From: Mycoplasma mycoides subsp. capri
GTDB taxonomy: Bacteria; Bacillota_I; Bacilli_A; Mycoplasmatales; Mycoplasmataceae
NCBI RefSeq assembly: GCF_018389705.1
Contig: NZ_CP065581.1
Coordinates: 750,001-782,000, forward strand
DNA: 32,000 bases
Direction: 5' to 3'
A program made the translations under genes and the position numbers. Shown piece by piece: positions 1 to 11,578 of the stretch (within the stretch, counting starts at the first letter, position 1; every line of letters starts with the position of its first letter). The notes beneath the pieces were generated by a model. The model worked only from the letters and a program-made list of their open reading frames with translations, made no database searches and was not told the DNA's origin.

Positions 1-2
1 AT

Positions 3-1727
3 GATGAAAGAATTGGAGATCCAACTGAACTTGCGTTAGTTGATTTTGCTGAACAAATGCAAATTGATGAACAAGAGTTTAGAAAGAAATATCCAAGAAT
101 TTTTGAAATACCTTTTGATAGTGAACGTAAATTAATGACAACTGTTAATGTTTTAGAAAATGAACAACAATTTGTTTTTACAAAAGGTGCTTTAGATCAA
201 ATATTAAAAAAATGTACTAAGATTTTTATTAATAATAAAGTTGTTAAATTAACTAATACTCACAAAAAAGAAATTAAAAAGCTTTCAACTTCATTAAGTG
301 ATGATGCTTTAAGAGTTTTAGGATTTGGTGTAAAACAAATTATAACTCAAGATCAAAAAACTGAAGATGATTTAATTTTTATAGGAGCAGTTGGAATGAT
401 TGATCCTATAAGAAAAGAAGCTTTAATTGCTATTCAACAAGCAAAAGCAGCTGGTATTAAAACAATTATGATAACTGGTGATCATGCAATTACTGCTTTA
501 GCAATAGCAAGAGATTTGGAATTAGCTTATACTCAATATGAAGTAATGTCTTCTGAAAAACTAGAACAATACACTGATCAAGAATTAGAAAGTGCTATTG
601 ATAATATTAAAATTTTTGCAAGAGTTAATCCTGAACATAAAGTGAGAATTGTTCAAGCTTTACAAAAAAAAGGATATATTGTTTCAATGACAGGTGATGG
701 AGTTAATGATGCTCCAAGTTTAGCAATAGCTGATATTGGTGTTGCTATGGGTGTTAGTGGAACTGATGTTGCAAAACAAGCTGCTGATGTCATTTTAACT
801 AATGATGATCTAAATACAATGATGGTTGGAGTCTTAGAAGGACGTAATGTTTATCAAAAAATCAGAAGAGCTATTGTTTTATTATTAGGATTTAATTTTG
901 CAAATGTTATAAGTATTGTAATTATTTCTTTATTATTAAAAATTTCTCCACTAACTGCTACAAATATTTTATTTATCAATTTAGTTGTTGATTCTTGTTT
1001 AGCTTTTGGAATTGGAATGAGCCCAATTGATAGAACACTTTTAAAAAATAAACCTCAATTAAGAAATAAAAGTATACTTAATGAAATAATATGACCATTA
1101 TTTAAAGTAGGTTTATCTTTATCAGTTGCTCAAATTATTTCATTTATAATTGGAATGTCAGCAACAAATCTTGATTATTATAATAATTTAAGCAGTTATA
1201 CTAAGGCTCAAAATTGATTTTTATTTATTCAACAAAATAATCAAATTCTATTATCTAATATAGAAGATATGCATGACTTTGTAGTTTTTGGAAGAACTAG
1301 TATGTTTATTACAAGTATTATTTCACCAATTTTATTTACACATTTAATCAAACTAACTAATTGAAAAGATACTAAAAAAATAGATTGAACTATTTCAAAA
1401 CCTCTAATTTATTCATGTATAATCGCTTTATTAATTTCAATAATTGTTTTTTCAATACCTGTGTTTAATTCAAAAGTATTTGGTTTAGCTGGTATTAATG
1501 ATACAAAAGCATATATTAATTGAAGTTCTAAAAATATGTGAATTTTATTTTCAAGTTTAGCATGTGCTTTAATTCCGTTTACATTTATATTAATAACTGA
1601 TGCTATTGAATTTTATTCATATCACTTATCAAATAGAACATGAGAAAAAAGACAAAAACTAATAAAACAAATTATAGATCAAGAACAAAAAGAAAAACTT
1701 AGAGAAGATAAAAAAAATCAAGGGTAA
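3..1727 (+). CDS. P-type cation-transporting ATPase, C-terminal portion (5' end outside window)
   Basis: Frame is open from base 3 (DERIGDPTELALVDFAEQMQIDEQEF...), upstream of the ORF-track start. P-type ATPase motifs GDPTE, TKGALDQIL, MITGDH and MTGDGVNDAPSLAIADIGVAMG are present. It continues through TGA (Trp) at 1092-1094 to TAA at 1725-1727 with further TM segments. Confidence 0.93.
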
Positions 1728-1739
1728 CCTTGATTTTTT
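1712..1739. terminator. Bidirectional intrinsic terminator between convergent genes
   Basis: AAAAATCAAGG-GTAA-CCTTGATTTTTT. It has A/T tracts on both sides, lies between the ATPase stop (1727) and the stop of the minus-strand gene (1754), and overlaps the ATPase stop codon. Confidence 0.8.
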
Positions 1740-1753
1740 ATTTACTTTAATTA

Positions 1754-3895
1754 TTAAGATTCTAAAGAAGTTTTAATAATAAATCTTTTTTGTGGATAGA
1801 ATTTTGAAACTTCTTTATAGAAATTAATTTTGTCTTGTAAAGCTTGCATTTTTTTGTTGTGAAGTTTTGTTAATCTATCTTTACCAACAGAACCTTTTAA
1901 TGCAGCTTTTGCTAAATCGTGATTTTGTTTTTGAGTCTTTTTGAAATCAGATTTTAATTTTTGATATCTTAACTTATCATCATTAGTAAGTGACTGACTC
2001 ATTTTTTTATTTTTAACAACTAATTGATTTAAAACTTCTAGTTCATTTTTAAAATGTAGTAATAAATCTTTATATTGTTGTTTTTCTTTTTGAATTTCTA
2101 ATTTATAATTATCAATTCATTTATTTTTTAAAGCAATGATTATTTGTTGTTTTTCTTTTTTAAAATTAATTTTAAATTCTTGTTTTGAAGTACTTATATG
2201 TAATAGTTCTTCTTTTTTAGTTTTAATTGCTTTTTCTTTTTCAGTAAGAAATTGATTAAAGCAATCAATAAATGTTTTTATATAAATTATTGTTTTTACT
2301 CTAATAGTTTGTTTAACCTTACTAAAGAAAATAATTGTTTTTCATTGTCATGCAAATCTACGTTTATTAGTTTGAAATAATTCAATTTCTTCTAATAAAT
2401 ATTGATGTTTTAGTGGTAAAGGTAAATTATATATTTCAAAATAAGTAGTTCTTCTACTATTTCTAAACATATATCCACCTAATAAACCAGCTCCAACATT
2501 TAATATAGCAGTTAATACTAATAAAATAGCTAGATGCATATTTAATTGCCAAGTTGCATATTGAGTTGAAGTTTTAGTTAACACTTCAGCAGTTTGACCA
2601 CCACCCTGACCAAACATAGCAACTGGCCCAAATGGAGTAGCTAAACCAACTCCTTGTTGAGTAAATCCACGAACAACTTCATAACTATTTGAGTTAATCA
2701 TAAATACTGTTTGTTCTATATTTAAAATATTTTGACCATAAACAATTACTAATATTCCAGTAGCAGCAGCCCCAATAAAGTTAGTTATATAAACAGAAAC
2801 TGGATTCATTGAAATAATATCAGCTTGAGATAATGGTTCTATTGAACAAGCAATAGTTTGTTTTTTTTCTCCATATTTCATTCTTGCAAATAATACACCA
2901 TTCATAAATGATGAACCCATAGCAGAAACACTACCAACAGCCATTGCTGAACCTTGCAATCCTAAACCAACAGCTAATGCCATTGATGATAATGGTGAAG
3001 TACCAACTACTGTTAAAAATCCTCCAACAACAATTGCCATTGGTATTGGTGATAGATTAATTGCAACTTCAATAGATGAACCAATTCCTTTTAGAAGTGG
3101 TGCAACTACATTAGCTCCAAATTTAGCAGTTAAAGCAGTTAGTGGTGCAATGATTAATAAAGCAATAATTAAATCTAGTCCATCAGGAGCATATTTTTGT
3201 AATAATAACAAAGCTCAATACATTGTATAACCAGCAACTAGTCCAGCTAAAATATTGAACGCTCCAACTGTAGTTCTTAAATGCATTGCAAAATTTGGCA
3301 TATATTGAGTACTAAATATAGTTTTTAAAATATCTTTTTGTTCATTTATTACTAAATTAGATTTAATAGTTTCAAAAGTTTTTTGCATTTCATTTTGTAA
3401 AGTGTTGCCTTTTACTCATTCAGCAATCACTCTTATTGCATTATCTTCAGCTAATAACTTTTGACCATCAGGTGTATTTGTATTTATTAAGGTTTTAGCA
3501 ATTGATTTAGATATACCATCAACATCAACTGATAATCCAACTCCAAATACAGCAGTACCACATAAAATGGCAAATAACGGGTTTCCACCCATCAAAATAA
3601 TTACAAGTATTGTACATGCTGGAGCAGCTAAAGTTCCTGCTACACTACCAATAACTCTAGTAAAGTCACCAATAACTGGAATTCTTCCTAAAACTCAAAA
3701 GTTAAAGACTTCTATTAAAAAAGTAGCACAAACAGCTCCAGATAGACCTGACATCGCTCTTTTACCTTTAGGAACATAGTATGAAAAGATTGTAAAAAAT
3801 ACAAGTACTAACATTAGTAAAGATGTTCCTTTTAAAAAGGCTACAGCTTGTTGTCCAAACGATACCGATTGAGAAAATACTATAATAAAATTCAC
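1754..3895 (-). CDS. PTS EIIC-like multispanning membrane protein with long Lys/Glu/Gln-rich C-terminal tail (about 713 aa)
   Basis: ORFs 3695-3895, 2348-3211 and 1754-2002 are all in one frame, separated by TGA (Trp). Hydrophobic, Gly-rich TM region (GGFLTVVGTSPLSSMALAVGLGLQGSAMAVGSVSAMGSSFMNGV, GGYMFRNSRR) resembles the PTS_EIIC_2 type. The tail contains ...FLTEKEKAIKTKKEELLHISTSKQEFKINFKKEKQQIIIALKNKW.... Real stop TAA at 1754-1756. The start is uncertain: GTG at 3895 lies right on the SD-like AAAGG. Confidence 0.75.
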
Positions 3896-4051
3896 CTTTC
3901 TTTCTATAGCTTTAATGTAATTTTGTATTAATAAAATAAGAAATAAGACAAGTAAAAAGTAAAAATTATTAGTCTTATATGCTATTAATTTTAAACTACT
4001 TTAATAAAACTTTAAGCAAATAAAATGCGAATTTATGTATAAAATTAGTGA

Positions 4052-5100
4052 TTATAAAATAATTGGTGAAATATTTTCTCAAAAATAAGGTTCTCTACCT
4101 TTTGTATTTTTTGGTCATTTTCATTTTGGAAATCATTTATGTTGAATATAATTTGGTCAAAAATCATATGCATCAGTAATATTTAAAACATTTCAAGTTT
4201 GTAAAGAATTTGAATAAGTAGACTTATAAAAAAGATTTCGCATAGTTTCAACATTAGAAACATCTCAAGCAGTCCATTGAATTTGATAAGCAAGTTGATT
4301 TCTTGGTGGATCATGAAATAATGTTTTAGTAACTTTTTTTGTTGAAAGATCTATTTTAATAATTTGATCGATTTTACTAGAGGTTTCAGTCATATCAATA
4401 ACTTGAGAAATATCTCAATTATTTAAATCCATATTTATATACGATTTTGAAAAAATTCCCTCAATATTTTGTACATGACCAACATTTCAAAAATCTAAAT
4501 TAATAATTTTTTCATTTTTATTATTTTCAAAAGCATAAGATAAATCAGTTAAGAATTCAGGAATATATTTTGGAACTTCAATAGTTGATTGTTTAAATGG
4601 TTCAATTTGATATTTTTCATTATCATTAAAAAAAAATCCTATTTTAGTACATTTATCTTTATCATATTCTGCTAGAACTCTTTTTTTATTTAAGTACTCG
4701 TATCTAGAGTTTAATTCATTAATACTTGATTCTAAACGTAAATTTTCTTCTTTTAACTCTCTTATTTTATTTTGCTAATCTGAATATTTATTTGATAATT
4801 GTTCTAATTGATCAATTCGAGATTGAATAATATTATTTTTAGAAATTAAATTATTTGATTCTTCTTGTTTTTAATTTTGATCTAATTGTTTACTTTTTTC
4901 TAGTTACTGATCATAATTTAACTTAAGTTTTTTAGTATTTTCTTCTGTTTTTTTAATATTATGATTGATGGTTTCTAGTTTAGAATTTAATTGCTTAGTT
5001 TTAAGATGATCATATTAATCTTTCAATTTCTTAAAAATTTTATGTTTTAATTAAAAGTTGAATTTAGTTTTTAAGTAGAATTTTCAGTGTATCAACTTCT
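4052..5100 (-). pseudogene. Degenerate coiled-coil/DUF285 surface protein gene
   Basis: Minus frame ending at TAA 4052-4054 encodes a DUF285-like domain (CTKIGFFFNDNEKYQIEPFKQSTIEVPKYIPEFLTDLSYAFENNKNEKIINLDFWNVGHVQNIEGIFSKSYINMDLNNWDISQVIDMTE...WTAWDVSNVETMRNLFYKSTYSNSLQTWNV...GREPYFWENISPIIL). The frame upstream still reads as coiled coil but holds stops at 4775, 4871, 4904, 5015 and 5051. No signal peptide or start codon is identifiable; the 5' boundary is approximate. Confidence 0.8.
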
Positions 5101-5112
5101 TATATTTAGCAA

Positions 5113-7410
5113 TTATTCAAAAACATGTGGTGGAGCAAGATCTTCTCAATAATTAGGTTCTCTACCTCTAGTATTTTGTGGTCATCATTCTTTATAAAAA
5201 CTGCTTAACCCAATATAATGTGGGAAAAAATCATAATCATCAATTATTCCAGAAACATCTCAAGTTTCTAATGATTTATTTAATCAAGATCTTGCAAATA
5301 TATCTTTCATTCTTCTTACACCTGAAACATCTCAAGCAGTTCAACTTATTGTATAAGAAAGTTCATTTCTTGGTGCATCATGATATTTGATTTTAGAAAC
5401 ATGTTTTGTTGAAATATCATGATATATATGACTAGATATTCTATAAAATGTTTCTGACATATCTGTTACATTTGATAGGTTTCATTCAGAAATATCTCCA
5501 CAACAAAATGAAGAATTATAAAAAGCCTTTTTCATATTTTTTATATTCTTTATATTTCAATTATTTAAATTAACATCATACATATAAGAATCTAAAAAAA
5601 TGCCTTCTATACTAGTAACATTATCAACATTTCATTTGTCAAAATTTTTTACTCTATAGTTATTATTTGCTTTAAATGCATATGCTAAACTACCTATAAA
5701 ACTTGGTAGATAATCTGGAACTTCAGTTGTATATTTATCAAAAGTTTGAATTTGATAATCATTTATTTCATCATTAAAAAAGAATCCTATTTTAGTACAC
5801 TTATTATTATCATATTCAGCATTAACTGTTTTTTTCTTTAAGTACTCGTATATAGAATTTAATTCATTAATACTTGATTCTAAACGTAAATTTTCTTCTT
5901 TTAACTCTCTTATTTTATTTTGTCTATCAGAATATTTACTAGTTAACTCTTCTAACTGATTTTGCTTTTCATTTATCTTTTTATTTTCTATTTGAATTTG
6001 TTTATTAAGATCAGAAATTTGTTTTATTAGATTGTACTTTTTTTCTTCTAATTCTTTTTTCTTTTGATGATAAGTATTAATATCATTATCTAATTTTTCT
6101 TTTTGTTTATTTAGTTCTTTGGTTTTTTGAATTAATAAACTAAGTTGATTTTTTAAATCTGTATTATTTTTTTCTCAATCACTAATTTGTTTTTCAACAT
6201 TGATATTTTGAGTTTTTAAATTATCAACTTCTTTTTGTTTTTCTTCTTTATTTAAAATTAGTCTTTTTATTTCTTCTTCTTGAAGTTTTATACCTTGCTC
6301 AACATTTTCAATTTGTTTTTGTAATTGTTTACTTTTTTCTAGTTCTTGATCATATTTTGGTTTAATATCATTAATACTTTCATCTGTTTTTCTAATTTTA
6401 GAATTAATTTCATTTAGACTGTTTTGTGCGATTTGAGCTTTATTATTTTTAGAAATAAATTCATTTTGTCTAGTTTCAATTTGTTTTTCTAAATCATCTT
6501 TTTGTTTATTTAATTGAGTTAATTTAGATTCTGTATCTATCTTATTTTTTTCTAACTCTTTTAATTTTTCAGCATCATTTCTATTTGTTTTATCTAATTT
6601 GCTTATTTGATCCTGATTTTTATTGTTTTCATTTTCTAAGTTTTTTATGTTTTCTAATACATCTTTTCACTCAGATTGTAACTTAGATAACTGTTGATCA
6701 TTTTTACCATCTTGAGAAATTTCTGTTTGGATTTGTTTTTCTAATTCAGTTTTTTGTATAGTTAAATCAGTTTTTTGCTTATTTAATTTATCTAACATAT
6801 CTTTAGATTCTTTTGATTCTGTTTCAGTTTGTTGTTGTAATTTAATTAAGTTTTCTTTTTTTGATTTATTTTCTAAAAGTTCTTTTTCTAAATTATTTGT
6901 TTTATTTTTAAGATTTTGAACTTCTGTTTCTAGATCCTGAATTTTTTCAATATTTATATTTTTTTGATTTGTAGCATTATCTAGATTTGTTTTTACTTGT
7001 TCAATTTGTTTTAGTAATGAGGTTATTTTTTGTTTATCTTTTTTACTAACTTCATCAACAGTAGCTATCTGAGAATTTAAATTATCAATTTGATTATTTA
7101 AATTATTTTTTCTATTATTTAAAATATTTAATTCTTCTTTTTTACTATTTTCTTGTTTTTTTAGATCTTTAATTTCTTGTTCAATCTTTTGAATTTCTTT
7201 AAGTAATTGTTGTTTTTCTAATTCAGTTTTATTAATTTGTTCATTATATTGTTTAACATTTGACTCTAAACTAGATATTTCATTTTTAAGTTGTTCTAGT
7301 TTAGATAATTGTGTAGGTTCATTATTGTTTTTATTACTACAAGCAATTAAGCTTATAACTGATAAAACACTTACTGCTAGTGTTGATAAAGTGTATAAAA
7401 GTTTTTTCAT
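5113..7410 (-). CDS. Surface lipoprotein: signal peptide with lipobox, long coiled coil, C-terminal DUF285 (BspA-like) domain (765 aa)
   Basis: The N-terminal ORF 6667-7410 continues through TGA (Trp). I checked the frame codon by codon to TAA 5113-5115 and found no TAA/TAG. Lipobox SVISLIAC. The C-terminus has repeated WNv.NV..M.. units (DKWNVDNVTSIEGIF, NWNIKNIKNMKKAFYNSSFCCGDISEWNLSNVTDMSETF, WTAWDVSGVRRMKDIF, TWDVSGIIDDYDF). Confidence 0.88.
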
Positions 7411-7472
7411 ACTTGTTACCTATATATTTATAAATTTATGCTCATTTTTAATTTAATAATTACTAAATTTAG

Positions 7473-9764
7473 CTACATTAAGTGTCATTTTATTATTGGT
7501 ATAGAAACTGGTTTTCCACCTTTAGTATTTTTTGGTCATCTAGACTCATCTAATTTATCAGTTCCTATATATCATGCAAAATTATCATATTGATCTTCAA
7601 TCCCTGAAACATCTCAAGTTCTAAGTGATGTATTTAAGTGACTTTGTAAAACCAAGTTTTTCATTCTTTTTACTTTTGAAACATCTCAAGCAGTTCACTT
7701 AACATCATATGAAAGTTCATTTCTAGGTGGATCAAGATAATGAATTCTTTTTGCTTGTTTTGTTGAAATATCATGTTTAACTCCATATCAAACATTTGAA
7801 AACATTTCACTCATATCTTCTACACTTGAAGTGTTTCAATCAGAAATATTTCCACAACAAAAATAAGTATTATAAAAAACTTTTTTCATATTTTTAATAT
7901 TTGAAGTATTTCAATTATTTAAATCCATATCATATAAATAAGAATCAATAAACATACCTTCAATATTAGTTACATTTTGTAAATTTCATTTATCAAGATT
8001 TACTATCTTATAGTGATTATTAGCTTTAAAACTATAAGCTAAACTATCTATAAAAGTTGGTAAATAATCAGGTACTTCTCTTGTTGTTTTTTTAAATTCT
8101 TGAACTTGATATTCTTCAGTATCACTATTATAAAAAAAGCCGATCTTAGTACATTTATCTCCATCATATTCAGCATCAACTGTTTTGTTTTTTAAATATT
8201 CATATCTAGAATTTAATTCATTAATACTTGATTCTAAACGTTGATTTTCTTCTTTTAATTCTTTGATTTTATTTTGTCTATCAGAATAGTTATTTGTTAA
8301 TTCTTTTAATTGATTTTCTTTTTGTTTTATCTTTTCTGATTCTTGATCAATTTGTTTTTTAAGATCTGAGATTTGCTTTACTAAGTGATACTTTTTTTCT
8401 TCTAATTCTTTTTTCTTTTCAAAATAAGTATTAATATCAGAATCTAGCTTTTCTTTTTGTTTATTTAGTTCTTCATTTTTTTTAATTAATGTATCTAGTT
8501 GAGTTTTTAAATTTTTATTAGTTTTAATTCATTCACTAATTTTGCTTTCAGCATTAATATTTTCATTTTTTAACTGGTTTACTTGTTGTTGTTTTTCAGT
8601 TTGTTTATTAAGTAATTTTTGTAATTCTTCATCTTGAACTTTTATACCATTTTTAATGTCTTGAATTTGTTTGTCAATTTTTTTACTTTTTTCTAATTGT
8701 TGTTGATACAGATCATTAATTTCTTTTGCTTTTTGATCAGTTTGATTTACTTTTTTATTAATTTCTTTTAGTTGATCTTGAACTTTCTTAGCTTCTGTAT
8801 TTTTAGAAATAAACAGATCTTGTTTTTCTTTTATTTGTTTTTCTAGTTCATCTTTTTGTTTATTTAATTGGTTTAGTTGAGAATGTGTTTGGTTCTTTAA
8901 TTCTTCTAGTTTTATAAATTCTTCTGAATTATTTTTATTACTATTTTTTAACTCATTAATTTTTTGATTATTTTCTTTATCATTTTTTTCTAGTTTTTTA
9001 ATCTCAACTAATAAATGATCTAATTTATTTTTTAATTTTAGATAATTTTCATCTTTTTGACTAGATTCAAAGATTTGATTTTCAATTTGTTCTTCTAAAT
9101 TAGTTTTTTGGTTAATTAAATCTTGTTTTTCTTTATTTGAATTATCTAAAACAGCCTTAAATTTATTTACTTTTGATTCTGTTTCTTTTTTATTTAATAA
9201 AAGTTCTTCTTTATTTAATTTCTTTTCTAAAAGTTCTTTTTCTAGCTGACTAGTTTTAGTTTTTAATTGGTTAACTTGATTTTCTAAATTACTAATTTGT
9301 TGAAGATTAATATTTTTTTGATTAGTTGCATTAGTTAAGTTATTTTTTATCTTTTGAATTTCTTCAGTTAGTAAATTAATTTGTTGTTTATCTTTTTTAC
9401 TAGTTTTATCAATAGAATTAATTTGAGAATTTAGTTTATCAATTTGCTGATTTATACTATTCTTTTTATTAGTTAATAAGTTTAATTCTTTGACTTTATT
9501 ATTTTCTTCTATTTTTAAACTAGTAATTTCTTTTTCAATCTTTTGGATTTCTTCAAGTAATTGCTGTTTTTCTAATTCAGTTTTATTAATTTGTTCATTA
9601 TATTTATTAACATTTGTTTCTAAACTAGATATTTCATTTTTAAGTTGTTCTAGTTTAGATAATTGTTCAGGTTCATTATTGTTTTTCTTAGTACAAGAAA
9701 CTAAACTTACAGTTGAGAAAACACCTAATAATAGTGTTGATAAAGCGTATAAAAGTTTTTTCAT
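7473..9764 (-). CDS. Paralogous surface lipoprotein: lipobox, long coiled coil, C-terminal DUF285 domain (763 aa)
   Basis: ORF 8529-9764 continues in frame through TGA (Trp) to TAG 7473-7475. Lipobox STVSLVSC. N-terminal about 60 aa is nearly identical to the 5113-7410 protein. The C-terminus has DKWNLQNVTNIEGMF, NWNTSNIKNMKKVFYNTYFCCGNISDWNTSSVEDMSEMF, WTAWDVSKVKRMKNL and TWDVSGIED. Confidence 0.87.
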
Positions 9765-9774
9765 CTTAATTTTC

Positions 9775-11460
9775 CTATTGATATCTACTTAATGTTCTTA
9801 CTCATCACTCTAAGTCATTTTTTCTTCTTTCTAGTGGATCCTTTTTATCTTCAAGCTCTTTTATTTGCTCATCAGCTTGACTAATTTGTTGTTCAGTTAA
9901 ACTAATTTGAGATTCTAAATCTTTAAATTTAATATTATTTTCTTTAAGAATATTATTTAGATGTTCAATTTCTGACTCGTGTTCTTTAATATCATTAGTT
10001 AGTTGCAAGTTTATGTTTTTTAAATTCTTAATTTGTTCATTTAAACTATTAATTTGAGATTCTAAATTTAGTTTTTCTGAATGAAAATTAGTTATTTGTT
10101 CATTTAAATTAGTTTCATTTCTACTTAGTTCTTTTAGTTTTTCAATTAATTTTTCTTTTTGTTGTTTAGTTGAATTAATTAAATTATCTAATTCTTTATT
10201 TTGAATAGTTAAACTAGCTATTTTGTTTTGATTTTCAGAATTAGTATTAATTAGTAACTTTAATTTATTGTCATTTTCTGAATTGTTATTAATTAATGCT
10301 TGTAATAAATTAGTTTGTTTTTCTAATTGTTTTGTTTTATTATCTAATTCAAGTTGTTTTGATTTAATTAGTTCAGATAATTTAATTAATTCAGATAAGA
10401 CTTTTTGATTTTTTTTATTTAATTCATTTAAATTATTTGTAAGTATAGAATTGTTGTGAGTTATTTGTTTAATAGAATTTTGATTATTCAATAAAGCTTT
10501 AGTTAGTTTATCAATTGAATCATTATTGTTTTGATTATCATTAGTTAGTTTAGCTATAGTATTAATGGCTTGGTTATTTTTAGTTTTTAGATCTTCTAAT
10601 TTTTGATTATTGTCATTGATTTGTTTTTCTAAATTACTAATTTGTTGAGATTTTTGTTTAGTTGAATTTTTAGCTTCGTTAAGTTTATTTATTAATTGTT
10701 CTAATTGCTCTAATAATTTATTTTTTTCTGCTTGAATATCTGAGATTAACTGATTTGTACTTCTTATTAAAGCGTTATTATCTGTGATTTGGTTTGATAA
10801 AGTAGTAATTTGAGTTTTTAAGAGTTTATTTTGATTAGTTTTATTAACTAAAAGTTCATTAGTTTGTTTAATTTGTTGATTTAAATTTATGATTTTAGTT
10901 TCTAAACTTTTTGTTTGTAGATTAATTTGATTGATTTGTTTTAAATTCTCATTTTTATTTTGTTCTAAAGTTGTTATTTGTTTAGAGTATTGGTTTTTTA
11001 AATTAGTTAAATAGTTAAGTTTATCTTGGTGAGTTTTTAATAATTTATTATTATGTTCAATTTGTTTTAGTGCTTTTTTGTTTTGATCATCTAAATTACT
11101 AACTTTATCTTCTAGTTCTTTTAGACTAATCGTTTTTAAAAGATTATGATTCTTTTTAAATTCTTTTATTTGATCAATTTGATTATTATGACTAATTTTT
11201 AAAGATGAAATTTTATTATTTAACTCTATTTTATAAGATTCTAATTGTTGCTCAAGGTTTTTATTATCTGAGAAATTTAACTTATCAAGGTTTAATACAA
11301 CTAAAAAAGTAGTTGAAAATAACACTAATCCTAAACTTGATGCTATTTTTAAAATCTTTTTAAAACTTAGTTTTTTATTATCAATTTTCTTATTAATTTG
11401 TTTTAATTTATCAACTGGGTCTAATGAATAAATTGAAAATACTTTTAAAGCTTTTTTCAT
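9775..11460 (-). CDS. Membrane-anchored long coiled-coil protein (561 aa), no lipobox
   Basis: ORF 9805-11460 extended through two consecutive TGA (Trp) codons to TAG 9775-9777. A single N-terminal TM segment (ILKIASSLGLVLFSTTFLVVLNL) is followed by about 490 aa of continuous coiled coil. Good SD (AAAGGAATTCATTATG). Confidence 0.85.
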
Positions 11461-11546
11461 AATGAATTCCTTTCTTTTTTCTATTCACTATAGTATTAGG
11501 AAAAAAATTTTAAAAGTGACCTATTTTTTTAAAAAAAAATAAAAAA

Positions 11547-11569
11547 ACCTTAGTATTTTTTACTAAGGT
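11547..11569 (-). terminator. Intrinsic terminator downstream of the S41 peptidase-like gene
   Basis: ACCTTAGTA-TTTTT-TACTAAGGT stem-loop, followed on the minus strand by a T-run. Confidence 0.85.
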
Positions 11570-11578
11570 TAATTTTTG

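Noticed and set aside
3567-3779. Plus-strand 70-aa ORF (MANNGFPPIKI...)
   Set aside because: Antisense to the EIIC-like membrane protein; no SD or family signature.
5178-5390. Plus-strand 70-aa ORF
   Set aside because: Antisense to the verified DUF285 domain reading frame; low-complexity product.
9490-9792. Plus-strand 100-aa hydrophobic ORF (MTLLFSSIFKLVISFSIFW...)
   Set aside because: Mirror image of the coiled-coil coding sequence of the lipoprotein on the minus strand; hydrophobicity comes from antisense Lys/Glu/Gln codons.
5113-11460. Repetitive AAC/GAA/CAA-rich DNA suggestive of a simple tandem repeat or CRISPR-like array
   Set aside because: The periodicity is irregular and explained by heptad coiled-coil coding; no constant repeat with unique spacers.
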